Source of the DNA: Cycas panzhihuaensis
Lineage: Eukaryota > Plantae > Cycadophyta
Direction: 5' to 3'
NCBI GenBank assembly: GCA_023213395.1
Contig: CM041465.1
Coordinates: 203,243,741-203,307,740 of the forward strand
Length of the DNA: 64,000 nt
Part shown: in pieces, positions 42,430 to 54,400 of the stretch
How positions within the stretch are numbered: the first letter of the stretch is position 1
Layout of the letters: the number at the start of each line of letters is the position of its first letter
Notes under the pieces: model-generated
The model's database searches: none
What the model was told of the DNA's origin: nothing
Seen by the model: the letters and a program-made list of their open reading frames with translations, nothing else
Program-made: the position numbers and the translations under genes

Positions 42430-43500
42430 AGTTTGATAGATCCATAAAGCTAGGAGACCACTTAGCATTATTCAAAAATATGCTAAAAATAAAGAAAGCT
42501 ACAAACCTAGAGGAGATAAAGGCTCAATTCTTTTCTACATTGTGGGGAGAAAAAATTACATGGTTCTAGTATGTTACAGTGCAAAATTTATCATGGAAAA
42601 GATTGTAAGATTAATTTTTAGATCAATTCCAAAACTAAGAGATCCCATGGCCATCTTTCAAGCCTTAAAGGAAACAAAGTAATACCCTAGAGAGTCCATA
42701 AATGATTTTAATGGTTGAATAAGGGTAATAATGAATAAGATATAACCAATAATAGCAATAAACCTAACATTAGCAATGAAATACTTCATCCAAGGCTTAA
42801 TCCCATAATTGAAGGATAAAGTTATATTGCACCCGATGAACAACTACGAATAAGTATGCAAGTTAGCCCTAAAGTTTAAAAATTAAATGAAGATTATATA
42901 CTATCAATAGGCAATGCAATAGATGATACAAACAACACCAGCTTTTACTCAACCATCATCAAGAGTACATATATGAGGAATGTACAATCAAACGCCCCAA
43001 ATGGGAACAAATCTGGAGATTAAAGCACTGAAAAAAGAGGTAGAAGCATTAAAATAGTAACAGTTGGTATTAATACCTACTAATATGCACCAAAATCAAG
43101 AAATACAAAAATTACATGCAAAACTAGCTAGGTTGCGATTAGAAAACTCACAAGATTATATGTGGTGCACCCCACCTTATAATTAGTAAGGCTATCTAAG
43201 AAATGAACATAATAAGGCAATAATATGGTGTGAGTGTTATAGAAAAACTAACTATAATATATGCGAATATTTTTCTTGACCTCATAATAATGTCCATAAT
43301 GTATTCCTTCAGAAGACAGAGAGATCAGGAAAATAATATAAAGGGAAGATGAAGCCAATTTGTTGTTTTCTATGCCAAAGATGGGGGTATTTTAGATCAG
43401 ACTACCCATTAGAGAAAAAAGGTAGTAGATTTATCTATGAAGAATATGGATTGATAAATCATGAGTGGATAAATTGTCTAAAAAATAGATCACAAAATGC
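42430..43500 (+). pseudogene. gag: Gypsy gag (capsid motif + zinc-knuckle relics)
   Basis: GDHLALFKNML...AQFFSTLWGEKITWF*...SWKRL*D*FLDQF at ~42455-42630; YFIQGL at ~42780; CFLCQRWGYFRSDYP in ORF 43349-43543. Confidence 0.85.
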
Positions 43501-43868
43501 TAATTTAGTCGTGATTGTCCCAAATAAGGAGGTGTCTCTTTAATTACAAATACAAAGCAAGAAAGTAAGTAAATTTACCAATTTAAGACACTTTTCTGAA
43601 TCTGGTAGTAGAAAAACAAAGACTCCAGGAAGCCAACAAGGTTCTGCAAGATGAAATAGGTAAGGCTCAATAAGAAGAATTTTAGTAAGAGGGGCAATTA
43701 AAGGGATAGATATATAAGCAATGATCAACTTCCAAAAAACTCCATCGAAAAGAAGGTATAAATCCATGGCAAAGGCTTGAAATGGTTAAGGATTTATTAA
43801 TTGAATTAGGAGTCTTAATCCCCATTATTGCTGTGTTCAAATAGTGGGAGGATAGCTATATTTAATAA

Positions 43869-44300
43869 TTGATTTTAGATTACATAGAAAAGCCTATGAT
43901 GAGAGCTGTTAAAGACAAAGGGGTTGACTCAAGGGTGCCAATGGTTATTTTTGGGATGATGCTATATAAAACAATTGTTGATAAGGGATCGGGAGTTAAT
44001 GTACTCCATGAATCTTCTTGGATAGAATTAGGAAGGCAAAAAATAGTTGCCTCAAATTATTCAATAAGATTACCTAACCAATTATAGGTTAGACCAATGG
44101 GAATATTAATAAATGTACCAATCATGGTTGCAGGGATCACCATCTTGGACTTCACAGTGGTGGAGATGCAAACAAAAAGAGAGATTGTCCAATATTATTG
44201 GGCAGACCATGGCTATTATCCACAAAGGTTATTCAAGATTAGGAAGAGTTTACATTTATATTAAAGGTAAGAAACAAAGTTGTGACCTTGTCATTATGCT
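43869..44300 (+). pseudogene. pro: Gypsy aspartic protease relic
   Basis: IVDKGSGVNVL in ORF 43869-44087; ILLGRPWL (atattattgggcagaccatggcta) at ~44193-44215. Confidence 0.85.
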
Positions 44301-45329
44301 CAGACGGGCCTCACATTAAGAAGATAGAAGATGAGGAATGAGCATCATCCACAACTATGGGATGAGAACCCATCGTAAGCCCATGTTCAGAAATTACATA
44401 TCAATTTCAACCAACCTTATTAAGCAATGTATCATCAATGTATATAATGAATTGGTTGGAAAATGCTTAGTATGAAATAAAATCCACTCCATGCTATAAA
44501 TTAGAAGTATGTATGGACCCTCCATAACCAAAAGATCAAGCATTTTCAAATAGTGAAGTAGTAATTTTCTAAATAGAAGAAATTATAAGGAACTTGAAAG
44601 AAAGTTTCACGAATGGAAATAAACTCTAGGGCCAAGTAAACCAAGCAAATAATCATATAAAGTATTGTACTCAATTGTTAATGAATAATAATCAGCATCA
44701 AGATTCTTGTTACTTGTTGTTTCCATTGTCTCTTAAGGGTCAAGCTGCTATATGGTTTTCTATTTATGGTAGCAATTTTAAATCATGGAATGGATCACAT
44801 AAAAGAATTTTATTAAGATTTTAAAACAAGAAAATGAATTGTCAATATTTTGACATGATGATGACCCCACAACTCATACAAAGAATTGTGAACAAGTCTA
44901 GAAAAAAAAAACAAGTTCCAAGATGTGAATGGGTGTAAAGAATGGCTCAGACAATTGAAGGAATCTCAAGTTTATGATATAATCAATGCAAAAAATTAAA
45001 GTTGACAAATTAGGATTCATTTAGTAAGGAGTTTTAGAAAACTTTTACATACCATAGCCATAATTCTTGAGTTCCAGAAATTTTGAGTGCCCATGGGACT
45101 GAGGTTGAATAAAGTTATTATCTAATTGAAGTAGTAGGTAATGACCACAATTTTCTCATTGAATATTCTAGTATGGAATATGGAAGTCAAGTAGTTGACC
45201 AAACACCAACATATGGGTTAAATAAATATGGAAAAATAGTGCAAAATGATCGATTAAAAATTTATTAGATAAATTTAGGCATGAAAGAACACCCCCAGAT
45301 GATCTCAATAGGAGATTATTGGGACAAGG

Positions 45330-48030
45330 GCACTGTCCAGTAAGATACAATTTTAATTTTAGAATACAAAGATGTTTTTGCTTAGTCTTATGAAGATTTA
45401 AAAGGGATACTACCAAAATTAAGAGAACACTAAATTGAATTAATAGAAGAAGCAAACCTTGTATGGCAGCACCCCTATCGAATGAATCCAAAGTACAAGA
45501 AAAAGGAAAAAGCTAAAATAGATAAACTATTAGGGGTTGGCTACATCTTTAAAGTTGAAACTGGCAAATAGGTTAGCCCAATAGCGGTGGTACCCAAAAA
45601 ACATGAAAACTTTATGTCTGTATAGATTACAGAGCTCTCAACAAAGCAACGAAAAAGGATCCATTTCAAACACCATTCACTGAAGATATTCTTGAAAAGG
45701 TAGTTGGACATAAAGCATATCTATTCATAGATGGTTTTAGTGGATATAATCAAGTTAGAATCACAGCACAAGACTAATTGAAGACAACCTTTGTTATAGA
45801 GTGGGGTACTTACACGTATAAAGTCATGCCCTTTGGATTAATGAATACACTGGCCACCTTCCAAAGGATAATTTTAAATATTTTTTGGTAAACAATTGGT
45901 AAGTCAATTGAAGTATTTTTAGATGATTGGATAGTTTATTCATTGTTGAAGGATCATTTGACAAACTTGTGATTAATACTAGAAATATATCAAAAAAGTA
46001 AATTTTATTTGAACCTCATGAAATGTATATTTTTTATTTTGTTTATATCTTTATTGGGGCACATCGTGACCAAGGAGGGATTACTAATAGATCCATGTAA
46101 AGTAACAATTATTTTAAATTTTCTTGCACCAAAGACAACGAAGCAATTAAAGGCTTTTCTTGGCATGATAGGCTATTACCATAAATTCATTAAGGAATAT
46201 GCCCACATTGTAAACCGTCTAGAGAATTTACTCAAGAAGAAAATAGCTAGGTGATGGGAGTTGTGGCAACAATTGACATTCAATTTATTAAAGAAGAAAA
46301 TCATAAAAACTCTTATTATGAGATTTTTATATTGGGATCAACCATTTCATGTGCATGACAATGCTTCATTGATTATAATTGGATACATCTTAACTTAACC
46401 AAGTGACAGTAATATGGATTTTCTCATTCATTTTGCCAGTAGAAAATTGATGCATGTTGAGAAAAATTATTTAGTTACTAAATAAGAAGGTTAAGCATGG
46501 TCTATGCCTTATAAAATTTAGACATTATCTGTTAGCCAACCCATTTATTATTTTTGTAGATTATTAGGCCTTGAAATATTTGATAAATAAACCTATTTTG
46601 TAGGGTAGGATAAATAGATGGTTGATGTTGTTTTAAAAGTTAATTTGAAAATTATCATCAAAAAATAAGAGAAACATATTGTACATGATGCACTATCGTG
46701 GGAAGTAGATGGAGAACCAGTTATAGGGGTACCAAATGATTTCCTTAATAATCAATTATTTTTTATGGAAGTTGTACCAAAATGGTGTGAAGGGATTGTA
46801 GAGTACTTAACTACCAGCCAAACACCTAAGGGATTAGAACAGGTGGAAAGGTAAAGTTTTATTAGTAAAAAATTCCCCTTTCAATTGATATAAGGAATGT
46901 TATATAAGCTTAGTTTGAATGATGTGTTGAGATGATACATACTAGAACATAAAGTACAAGCCATCCTGTGAGAAGCTCATGAAGGAGTCACAACTAAATA
47001 TTAAGGTGTGGAACCCATAGTCCAAAAAATTATATTAGCAGGTCTCTGATGGTTGTTAATATTTGAAGATACTATAAGATAGATAAAGAGTTGTGACGTC
47101 TGCTAACAAGTGGACAACCCTCGGTAAATGTCATTTTATGCTCTTACATCTGATTTTAGCATAAGAACCTTTTGAAAAATGGGGAGTGGATTTCATTAAA
47201 CTAAGCCCTCCTGTAAAATAGACGAACACCAAATATATACTAGTAGCCACCAACTTCTTCATAAAATGGAAAAGCCTGACCGCTCAGGCATTGTGATACT
47301 ATAAGTATCACAAAATTCTTGTATGAAAATATCATTATCCATTTTGGTTGTCCTTTAAAGCTAGTATCAAACCAGGGTAGTGGTTTTTTAAATAGTATCA
47401 TAAAGTATTTAACTAACTAATTTATAATTTAGCATTATCAATCTTCTCCCTATTACCGTAGAGTTAATGACCAGATTAAGGGTACCAATAAAATTTTAAA
47501 AGTAGCTCTATCTAAGATCTGTAGTAAAGGTAGAATAGATTGGGCAGAATGACTACATTCTGTCCTTTAGATGGATCAAATAAAGATTAAATGGCCATAT
47601 AAGTAGACACTCTTTTAGTTGGTTTATGACTTAGAAGTGGTACTTCCATTAGAGTTTCAAGCAGAAAGCTTTCAAGTAACCATCCAATTACAAATGTATG
47701 AACGAGATTCATAGAACAAGAGGATCATTGAGTTACTAAAATTATATGAAAGAAGAACACAAACATTGTGGAAATTAAAAATTAAGAAACAATAGAAAAA
47801 TCCTAGCATGATTCACACCTACAGTTACCAGAATTTTATGAGGGTGACTTAGTGTTTATATACAATAGTAAATTTTGAATAAAACTAAGTAAGTTGAAAT
47901 TATGTTGGTTAGGGCCATATAAGGTAATTTGTATCAATTTGAATGAGCAATCTAACTTGGATACCTTGATGGCAAGATTTTTTCAAAGGTGGTAAATGGT
48001 AGCAGATTGAAACCATACACAACGAGGTAA
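45330..48030 (+). pseudogene. pol: Gypsy RT, RNase H and integrase relic
   Basis: RT: PYRMNPKY, VSPIAVVPKK, DYRALNKATKKDPF, DGFSGYNQV, VMPFGLMN, VFLDDW (45913-45930), then LLGHIVTKEG..DPCKV and AFLGMIGYYHKFI. RNase H: FASRKL. Integrase: EAHEG, PFEKWGVDF, RFGCP-like HFGCPL, SSPYY, LGPY. Confidence 0.92.
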
Positions 48031-48072
48031 AAAATGAAAAAAATGATGAAAAACATATGGTGGCAATTGTTA

Positions 48073-48445
48073 CCATCATCAAAAGGTGAACCCATGAGGA
48101 GATAACTAAGGGTATGATTGGTCCTAAAGTCACATAGTAATTGCCATATCATTAAGAGGAGGATCAATGATGAGTCATTTAAGGCTATAGATAGTTATGG
48201 CCACATCATCAAAAATAAGATCCATTATGGGGAAATTAAAGTTACAGGTGGTGTTTGCCATGTCATCAAAATGTAGACACATGATGGGGATAATTAAGGC
48301 TGCAATCAGTAATAAAAACTAATGAAGTAATTACCTCCTCATCAAAAGGTAGACCTATGACAGAGTAATTAAGGTGGAACGTAGCGCCGAATCCAAAAAA
48401 GATATGGAAGTGACCATTATCAAAGGATGAACTGATCACGATCTA
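48073..48445 (+). repeat. Degenerate six-unit array downstream of the integrase
   Basis: The ccayrtcatcaaaa...atga...taagg core starts at 48073, 48144, 48201, 48258, 48334 and 48414. Confidence 0.75.
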
Positions 48446-49500
48446 AACAGGTTGCCTTTCCATGATTACGACAAGAGGGGAGAAGACAAGTAATTAAATA
48501 CAAGCAGTTATGTTTAAATAAAAGTAACCATAATACTACTAAATTCACAAGTGCAAGTGAACCAATACAATAATGGCAATGACGAAATTAGAGATGATGA
48601 TAGTTACATTTAAGAAATCTAATGATGAATCAATTCAAAGGTAATGGCTAGAAGTGCAGCTAGAAGATGAATGTAGAAAGAGATTGACTACAGTAAGTTT
48701 ATACTAATATATTTAGGTTGGTGTTCTTGCGAATGTATATAGTTTTTTGTCAATAGTTATGTATATGGTAGTGTGGTATCCAACCTTATTAAATTTCTTA
48801 ACTGAAGCCATTACATAGGTCATGGGACTACTGAATTAGGGTCTAGACATTCTAAAGGACAAACAAATTTCTAGGGAGTAGGTGGCATATGAATATGTTA
48901 TCTTTAGCTCAAGAGTTAGAATTTCAGGAATAACCTCCCCAGAAATGTAATAGATAGCACATTTCCTATTTACCAGAGTGATACTTGGACAAAAGAATTC
49001 CTTTGTTCTAAGTCACCTGCATATTATGTTGATAAAGGTCATAGAGGAACAATAATTTAATTAGGCTAGATTTGTTTCTAGTAAGATTTTAAAGAATTTA
49101 GAAGCAATTAAAAGTGCTACCCAATCTATTTTAATTTTCTATCCTACCTTATTGTAAGGACTATTATTCTCTCAATGTCTAGGTATCTAACTTCTAGAGG
49201 GATAACCTCTACTAGCAAAAAAAATGGAGTTGTTTACAAAAGAGCATGGACAAGGCTCTTTACCCTTAAAATAATTACAAGAACATGTTATGTCTTTGCT
49301 CTAACAACAGTGATAGACCACAACCCCTCAATCACACCAAATCAAGAGAGAAGCAAAAGATTTGAAGTTGTGAGTAGAGGCGAGCTCGTAGGCATAGATA
49401 ATAAAGCAAGAGCAAGAGAAGAAAGCAAAAGAAGAAAAAAGAGCAGAAATATAAAAAGAAAAGTAGAAGATGAGAGAGGAACCTTTCGTGGCCAAGGAAT

Positions 49501-49827
49501 TGTTGGGAATAATCCCAATGTTTGTGCACTAGAGCGCTTAGGGCCCCTCAAAGCCACCTTTGAGGGCCCCTAGGGCACCTTGAACTGCTCAAAGCCCGGA
49601 CCGACCACTCACGTGAGGTACGTATTACCGTTATTTATTTTTATATTTTTTCAAACTAACCTTAATTGTTGTGCAACTAGGGTGATGGCGCCTGACGCCT
49701 CCGAATCTCTATTTAAGGGTTGGGAATACCTCCACGGTGTTTATTAACACCGCCACTCTTTCGTAAATCGCTGTACTCAAGATGAAAGTCTCGTGATATC
49801 CTCGCTCGCCTCCTCCCGGCTCCATCA
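49501..49827 (+). repeat. Copia-C 5' LTR (327 bp)
   Basis: First 84 nt identical to the 3' LTR; PBS follows. Confidence 0.97.
49608..49716 (+). promoter_or_regulatory. Putative U3 promoter: G-box CTCACGTGAG (49608-49617) and TATA-like tatttaa (49710-49716)
   Basis: Both motifs are present in both LTRs; function is inferred from position. Confidence 0.5.
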
Positions 49828-49829
49828 TT

Positions 49830-49840
49830 TGGTATCGAGC
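49830..49840 (+). other. Copia-C PBS (tRNA-iMet; one base short of tggtatcagagc)
   Basis: tggtatcgagc two bases after the LTR end. Confidence 0.9.
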
Positions 49841-52671
49841 TAAGTTGAGCTAGGTTGTCTATTTTTCCGATTTTAGTTGCTCAAACGTCCGTGAACATAG
49901 CTATATGATCGCCGTTGAGATTCTCGGCGAGCTCACCGATCTCTTGGAGAAGACGGATTCGGATTCCATTCATTGTGGAGGAAGATCTCCGCCTAAGTTC
50001 TGCTCTCCACACGAAACCAGTTCTTCGTTTCCTTTTATTTTTCAAACATATAAATAAATAAATGTTTTGACATATGCATTTTACTCGTACTTTGATCTTC
50101 TATATTGGATTATTATTTGTCCTCGGATCTATTATTCGGTTTTATATATTGACTGCCATTATATTATTCATTGCATTTTTAATTCTACCATTATATTATT
50201 TGTTACTTGTGTTTATCATTTGTCTCATATCTCTCCGTTGTTATTGGCTCATCAGAGCACTGTTATCCTGTATCCTGCATTCTCACACCTCCAGCTTTTG
50301 CCTACTCATCCTGCTCGACTCTCCATATTCATCGGTTTTGCATCCCGCTTTTGCCTCCGCGTCCCGCCTTCGACTTCGGGCGCCTGTGTCCCTTCGTCCT
50401 CGAGACGCCTCGACCAGGCGTCATCGCCATCCGCCTAACTCGCTCGCCAATCGACGCCGCCTGCGGCGCTGGCGCCGCCTCGCCAGGCCGTCGCGCGCCG
50501 CCCGCCGGATTCGTAGCGACCTCGGCCGCGCTGCTCGTCGCCGCTGCCGCTCGCGCCGCCTCCGGGGACGCTCTCGCCGCCGCGCCGCAGTTTTGCCCTT
50601 CACGGGCTTCGTACTTTCGCCCTTCGCGGGCCAATCGGTCTGCCGCGCTCGGTCTATTGCCTCGGCCTGTGCGCCGATCCGTGCCCACCGTCGCCGCGCT
50701 GCCTCGTGATCAGTCGCCGCCGGCCGATCCCATTCTGTGCGCTGCAATACTCCGTTCGTGGTTCACTTCCGCGATCTGTAATATTCTATTCACTTTAATA
50801 CACAGTCTGTTCACTTTAACAATTCATTTCAGACATTATTATTTCAAGTTTATTTATGCTATTTAAATCGCCTTTCTTTGTGTGCGATTATATTCGCCTT
50901 ATAAATCTCGCTTTATAAATCACTTCGCTTTATAAATCACTTTGTGCATTTATTCATTTCATTTGCGTCTTCCTCATTCTACTGTTTTGCGCCATTCATA
51001 ATCATATTTAAATTTATTATATATTTGTTCAACTCCGTTTTTAAGGGTTTATGTTCTCTTTTAAACTCGACGAGCGAGTTCACCCTCCTGGCATCGGAGG
51101 TTCCTATTTCCTGACTGGTCGTGGGTTTAATCCCAGTTCAGCTTCAATCGCTTTTTTAAAGAAGTTCTTTCATTTTTAAACCTTATTTTTTTTTAATCTT
51201 TATTTTTCCATAGGGTTATTGGCGCATTTTTGGCCATAACTTCCCCCTGGCTCATCGGTTTCAGACGAAACCTGCGCCATCAGATCAGAAATTTCCGTAG
51301 ATCAATTTCGACTGCTCATAAGACCAATTTGGTGCCCGTTTGACTTCGTTTCACCCTTTTTAACATTGGACTTTCGAAATTTCAGCAGTTTTTACATTTT
51401 TGATAAAATCCGTTTTAGAACTGGCTGCTATTTATTGTTGGTAAACTGTTTTGTATCCGAATTTTTTCTATTGTGATTTACGTCATATAGACTCTAATAC
51501 CTATCTTTTACTTTTATTTTTTGACTTCATTTTTACTAATATTTTAATCGTTAAAATAAGAAAATTAGTTGATTTTACATTTCTTGAACATTCTCCATAA
51601 AGATACTTATCACTTTTTCACTATAACTTTTGCAATTTTATCGATTTCATTTCTCGACCGTTGGGAAGATGACTCATTTCTCTTCACTGTGATATATTTT
51701 TTCATATATTTTGACACATTTTGCTTATATTTCAAATCAGCTAAAGTTGAGTCATTTTATTGGCCTAAATCTGTTTTTTTTTACACCTGGTTGATATATT
51801 CTTTCAAAATTTTCAATTGGCAGAATATTAATTACTTCATCAATAATATTTAATCATTTTTTCAACTTTTCTAAGGATTAATTAGTACTTTTATACAAGT
51901 TTTTGCCTACCTTGCTCCTGTTAGGCTCCATAAGGAGGTCCTTTTCTTAGCATCATTCAAAACGTGACTTATTGGTATCATTTTTCAAAACCGTCTGTCT
52001 TATTGGATTCACATTTCAGTAATCTTCATATTGATAAAATTTTAAGCTATTCTGACCTCTTTCAATATCGTTTTCAATCTGTTAAAGTTTAGTATATATA
52101 TTCATCCTAACAAGCTTGTCTTCCTTTCAAAAATTGTAAAGAAAATTCTAGTTTACTCAAAGTTTTTTTGCTTGATCTTTCTACAAGCACTTTACATTAT
52201 TTTGAACAAGTATTTATTTATAAGACAATACATAAAAGTTGTCCTTAAAAGAAGTTTTTTTACATTGAAGATTTATTATTCATTTGAGAAATTGGCATCT
52301 GTTTATCTATTCTCAAAAGTTTATTTTAAATCTTGCATAAGTGAAAGTTTTTGAGCATCATTACTTCCTTTTTTGATTAAAAGTGTATTAAAGTTCTTCT
52401 TCATTATTAGAAAATATCATCCTTCTTGCACTTATAAAAGGAAAATTGCATTGCTTTTCAAAGGCATATTACATTTGTTTGAAGGACATTATTTTTTGAA
52501 AAAAAAAGCAAAAAGAGTTTTTTTTAAAAAGTTTTCATTTCATCTTGCTTAGAGCATTCTTTTTCTATTATCAAAAGAATTTTTCTTTTTCTAAGCAAGA
52601 CCACATTGCTAAATAGATTAGTTTTCACATTAAATAAGATAAATCCCGAATTGAACCACACTTCTTTCCAG

Positions 52672-53100
52672 CCTTGCAAGGGGAACGGTTAGGACCCACG
52701 GGTTACCACTCAAGACATGCTAATCGGCCTACTCATATTGGATGAGGACGAGCCATTAGCTATCGTGTATACTGGCGGTGAGGTGCAGAACCTTTTTCCT
52801 TTTATTGTGTTTGGAGACCAAGGCTAGACCTGAAGAGGGTGAGTGCCTTTGGTTCGAGAACCTTCACCGCTAGATCATCGTTAGGCACAAATCCGGCGCA
52901 GGTGGACCAACAATTGTGGGGGTGTCAAAGCCTTCTTAGCACGATCGAGGTATATAGAGCCTGCGCCCAAGACTTAGGTATAAAGGGTCCCTGCTTTTGC
53001 CATCCGTAGGCGCCATTGACAGAATAGCAACCGAAGGTTGCCCTAGGAGAAACATAAACTTAGAGCCTAGTAGCCTTTCTAGGTCCTAGTTCATTTGTTC
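52672..53100 (+). ncRNA. Candidate cis-acting structured RNA domain upstream of Copia-C gag
   Basis: At least eight nested complementary segment pairs read by eye in a ~50% GC island within an AT-rich leader (details in findings). Confidence 0.6.
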
Positions 53101-53227
53101 AAACTTTTGAAAACCTTGGGATATATATATTTGGAAATAATTTCTTTCATTTAAGTTCTTTCAAATTTTCTACATTCAAATACTTTTGCTATTGCACTTA
53201 TCACATTTTATACAATTTTAATTTCAA

Positions 53228-54400
53228 ATGACATCTAGTTTTGGGAATATGATTATTCCTAAGTTTGATAGAAATAATTTTCTTAACTGGAGTAGGAGGA
53301 TGAGGCCCATCCTCATAGCAAATGAAATGTGGGATATAGTGAGAAATGGTTACAATGACTTAGGATCAAACCCAACCGTCTTGAAAAACTACATACAAAG
53401 AAAATATCAAAAAAAGATAATGAAGCCTTAGCCCTTATTTTTTGCGCTTTAGAAGATCATGTTTCTCCACGTGTTAGTGAATCCATTAAGTCCAAAGAGG
53501 CTTGGGATACTTTACGACTTATATCTGAAGGGGCGCGTCCTCTAAACTACAAAACTTAAGAAGTAAGTTTGAAAATTTACGATGATGCCTCATGAATCAA
53601 TAACTGAATTTATGACCAAGATTCAAGACATAGTTAACCAAATGAGGTCCCTTGGGGATACCTTAACCGAACAAAGAGTTGTTGAGCGAATCCTTCGATG
53701 TGTAGGAGCCGTTAGACGCTTTGAAATGGTAGCTACAAGTATTAGTGTATCTAAAGACCTAAGTACCCTCAAAATAGAACAACTTACTGCTATGCTTATG
53801 TCCATAGAAGAGCAACAAGCTGCCAACGAAACCTTAGAACATGCCTTTGCTACAAAGGCCAACATTCAATCTAATCCTCAAGATAGCACTTCAAAACAAA
53901 ATGAATCTCCTCTAAGGCGAAAAGATGAAAACCCTAGAACTGAACCTAGATAAAATCCTCCACGATACCAAGCTCCTCATAATAGACAAGGACGACCCCC
54001 ACAACATGAAAACTCTCCAAGACATTCGAACACTCAAAGAAACCCTAACCAACAAAGACAAGTTGAAAATCATTCTTGTTGTCCACATTGTCATGGGAAC
54101 CCACAACCTTCTACCACACCTCAAAACTATCGTGACCAACCAAGAAATACTCATACTCAATTCTATGAGGAAAGGAGACCTCTCAACTTTGATCACTCTT
54201 CACCAAGGAATCAAAATCTTAGTTATGGAAAAGAGATCAACTATATTGCACTTATTGTCGTAGAAATGGTCACAATCAAGATAAGTGTTTTTCAAAACAT
54301 GGACCACCTTCTAGAGGACATGTGTCAAATACATCACAATCTAAAATCAACAATACATCATTTCTATCTACTTTTTCAAACCAGAAGAAGAGGACGATAG
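53228..54400 (+). CDS. gag: Copia-C gag (frameshifted in this assembly)
   Basis: IPKFDRNNFLNWSRRM..NEMWDIV; ESITEFMTKIQDIVNQMRSLGD...KDLSTLKIEQL; long N/Q/P/R linker; intact CTYCRRNGHNQDKC knuckle at ~54247-54288. Confidence 0.85.

Noticed and set aside
48073-48445. CRISPR array
   Set aside because: Repeats are degenerate, spacing is irregular, there are no cas genes, and the context is a eukaryotic retrotransposon.
49175-49573. 132-aa ORF as a real gene
   Set aside because: It is a chimeric read-through from the decayed gypsy extra ORF into the Copia-C LTR.
50067-50866. Five overlapping ORFs of 108-219 aa on both strands
   Set aside because: Arg/Ala/Pro-rich translations of a very GC-rich block that lacks stop codons by composition. 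No domain motif, and open in nearly all frames.
52829-52862. Possible hammerhead ribozyme (ctgaaga followed by a short stem)
   Set aside because: No GAAA after the putative stem II and no stem I/III partners. The segment fits better as a hairpin inside the larger structure.
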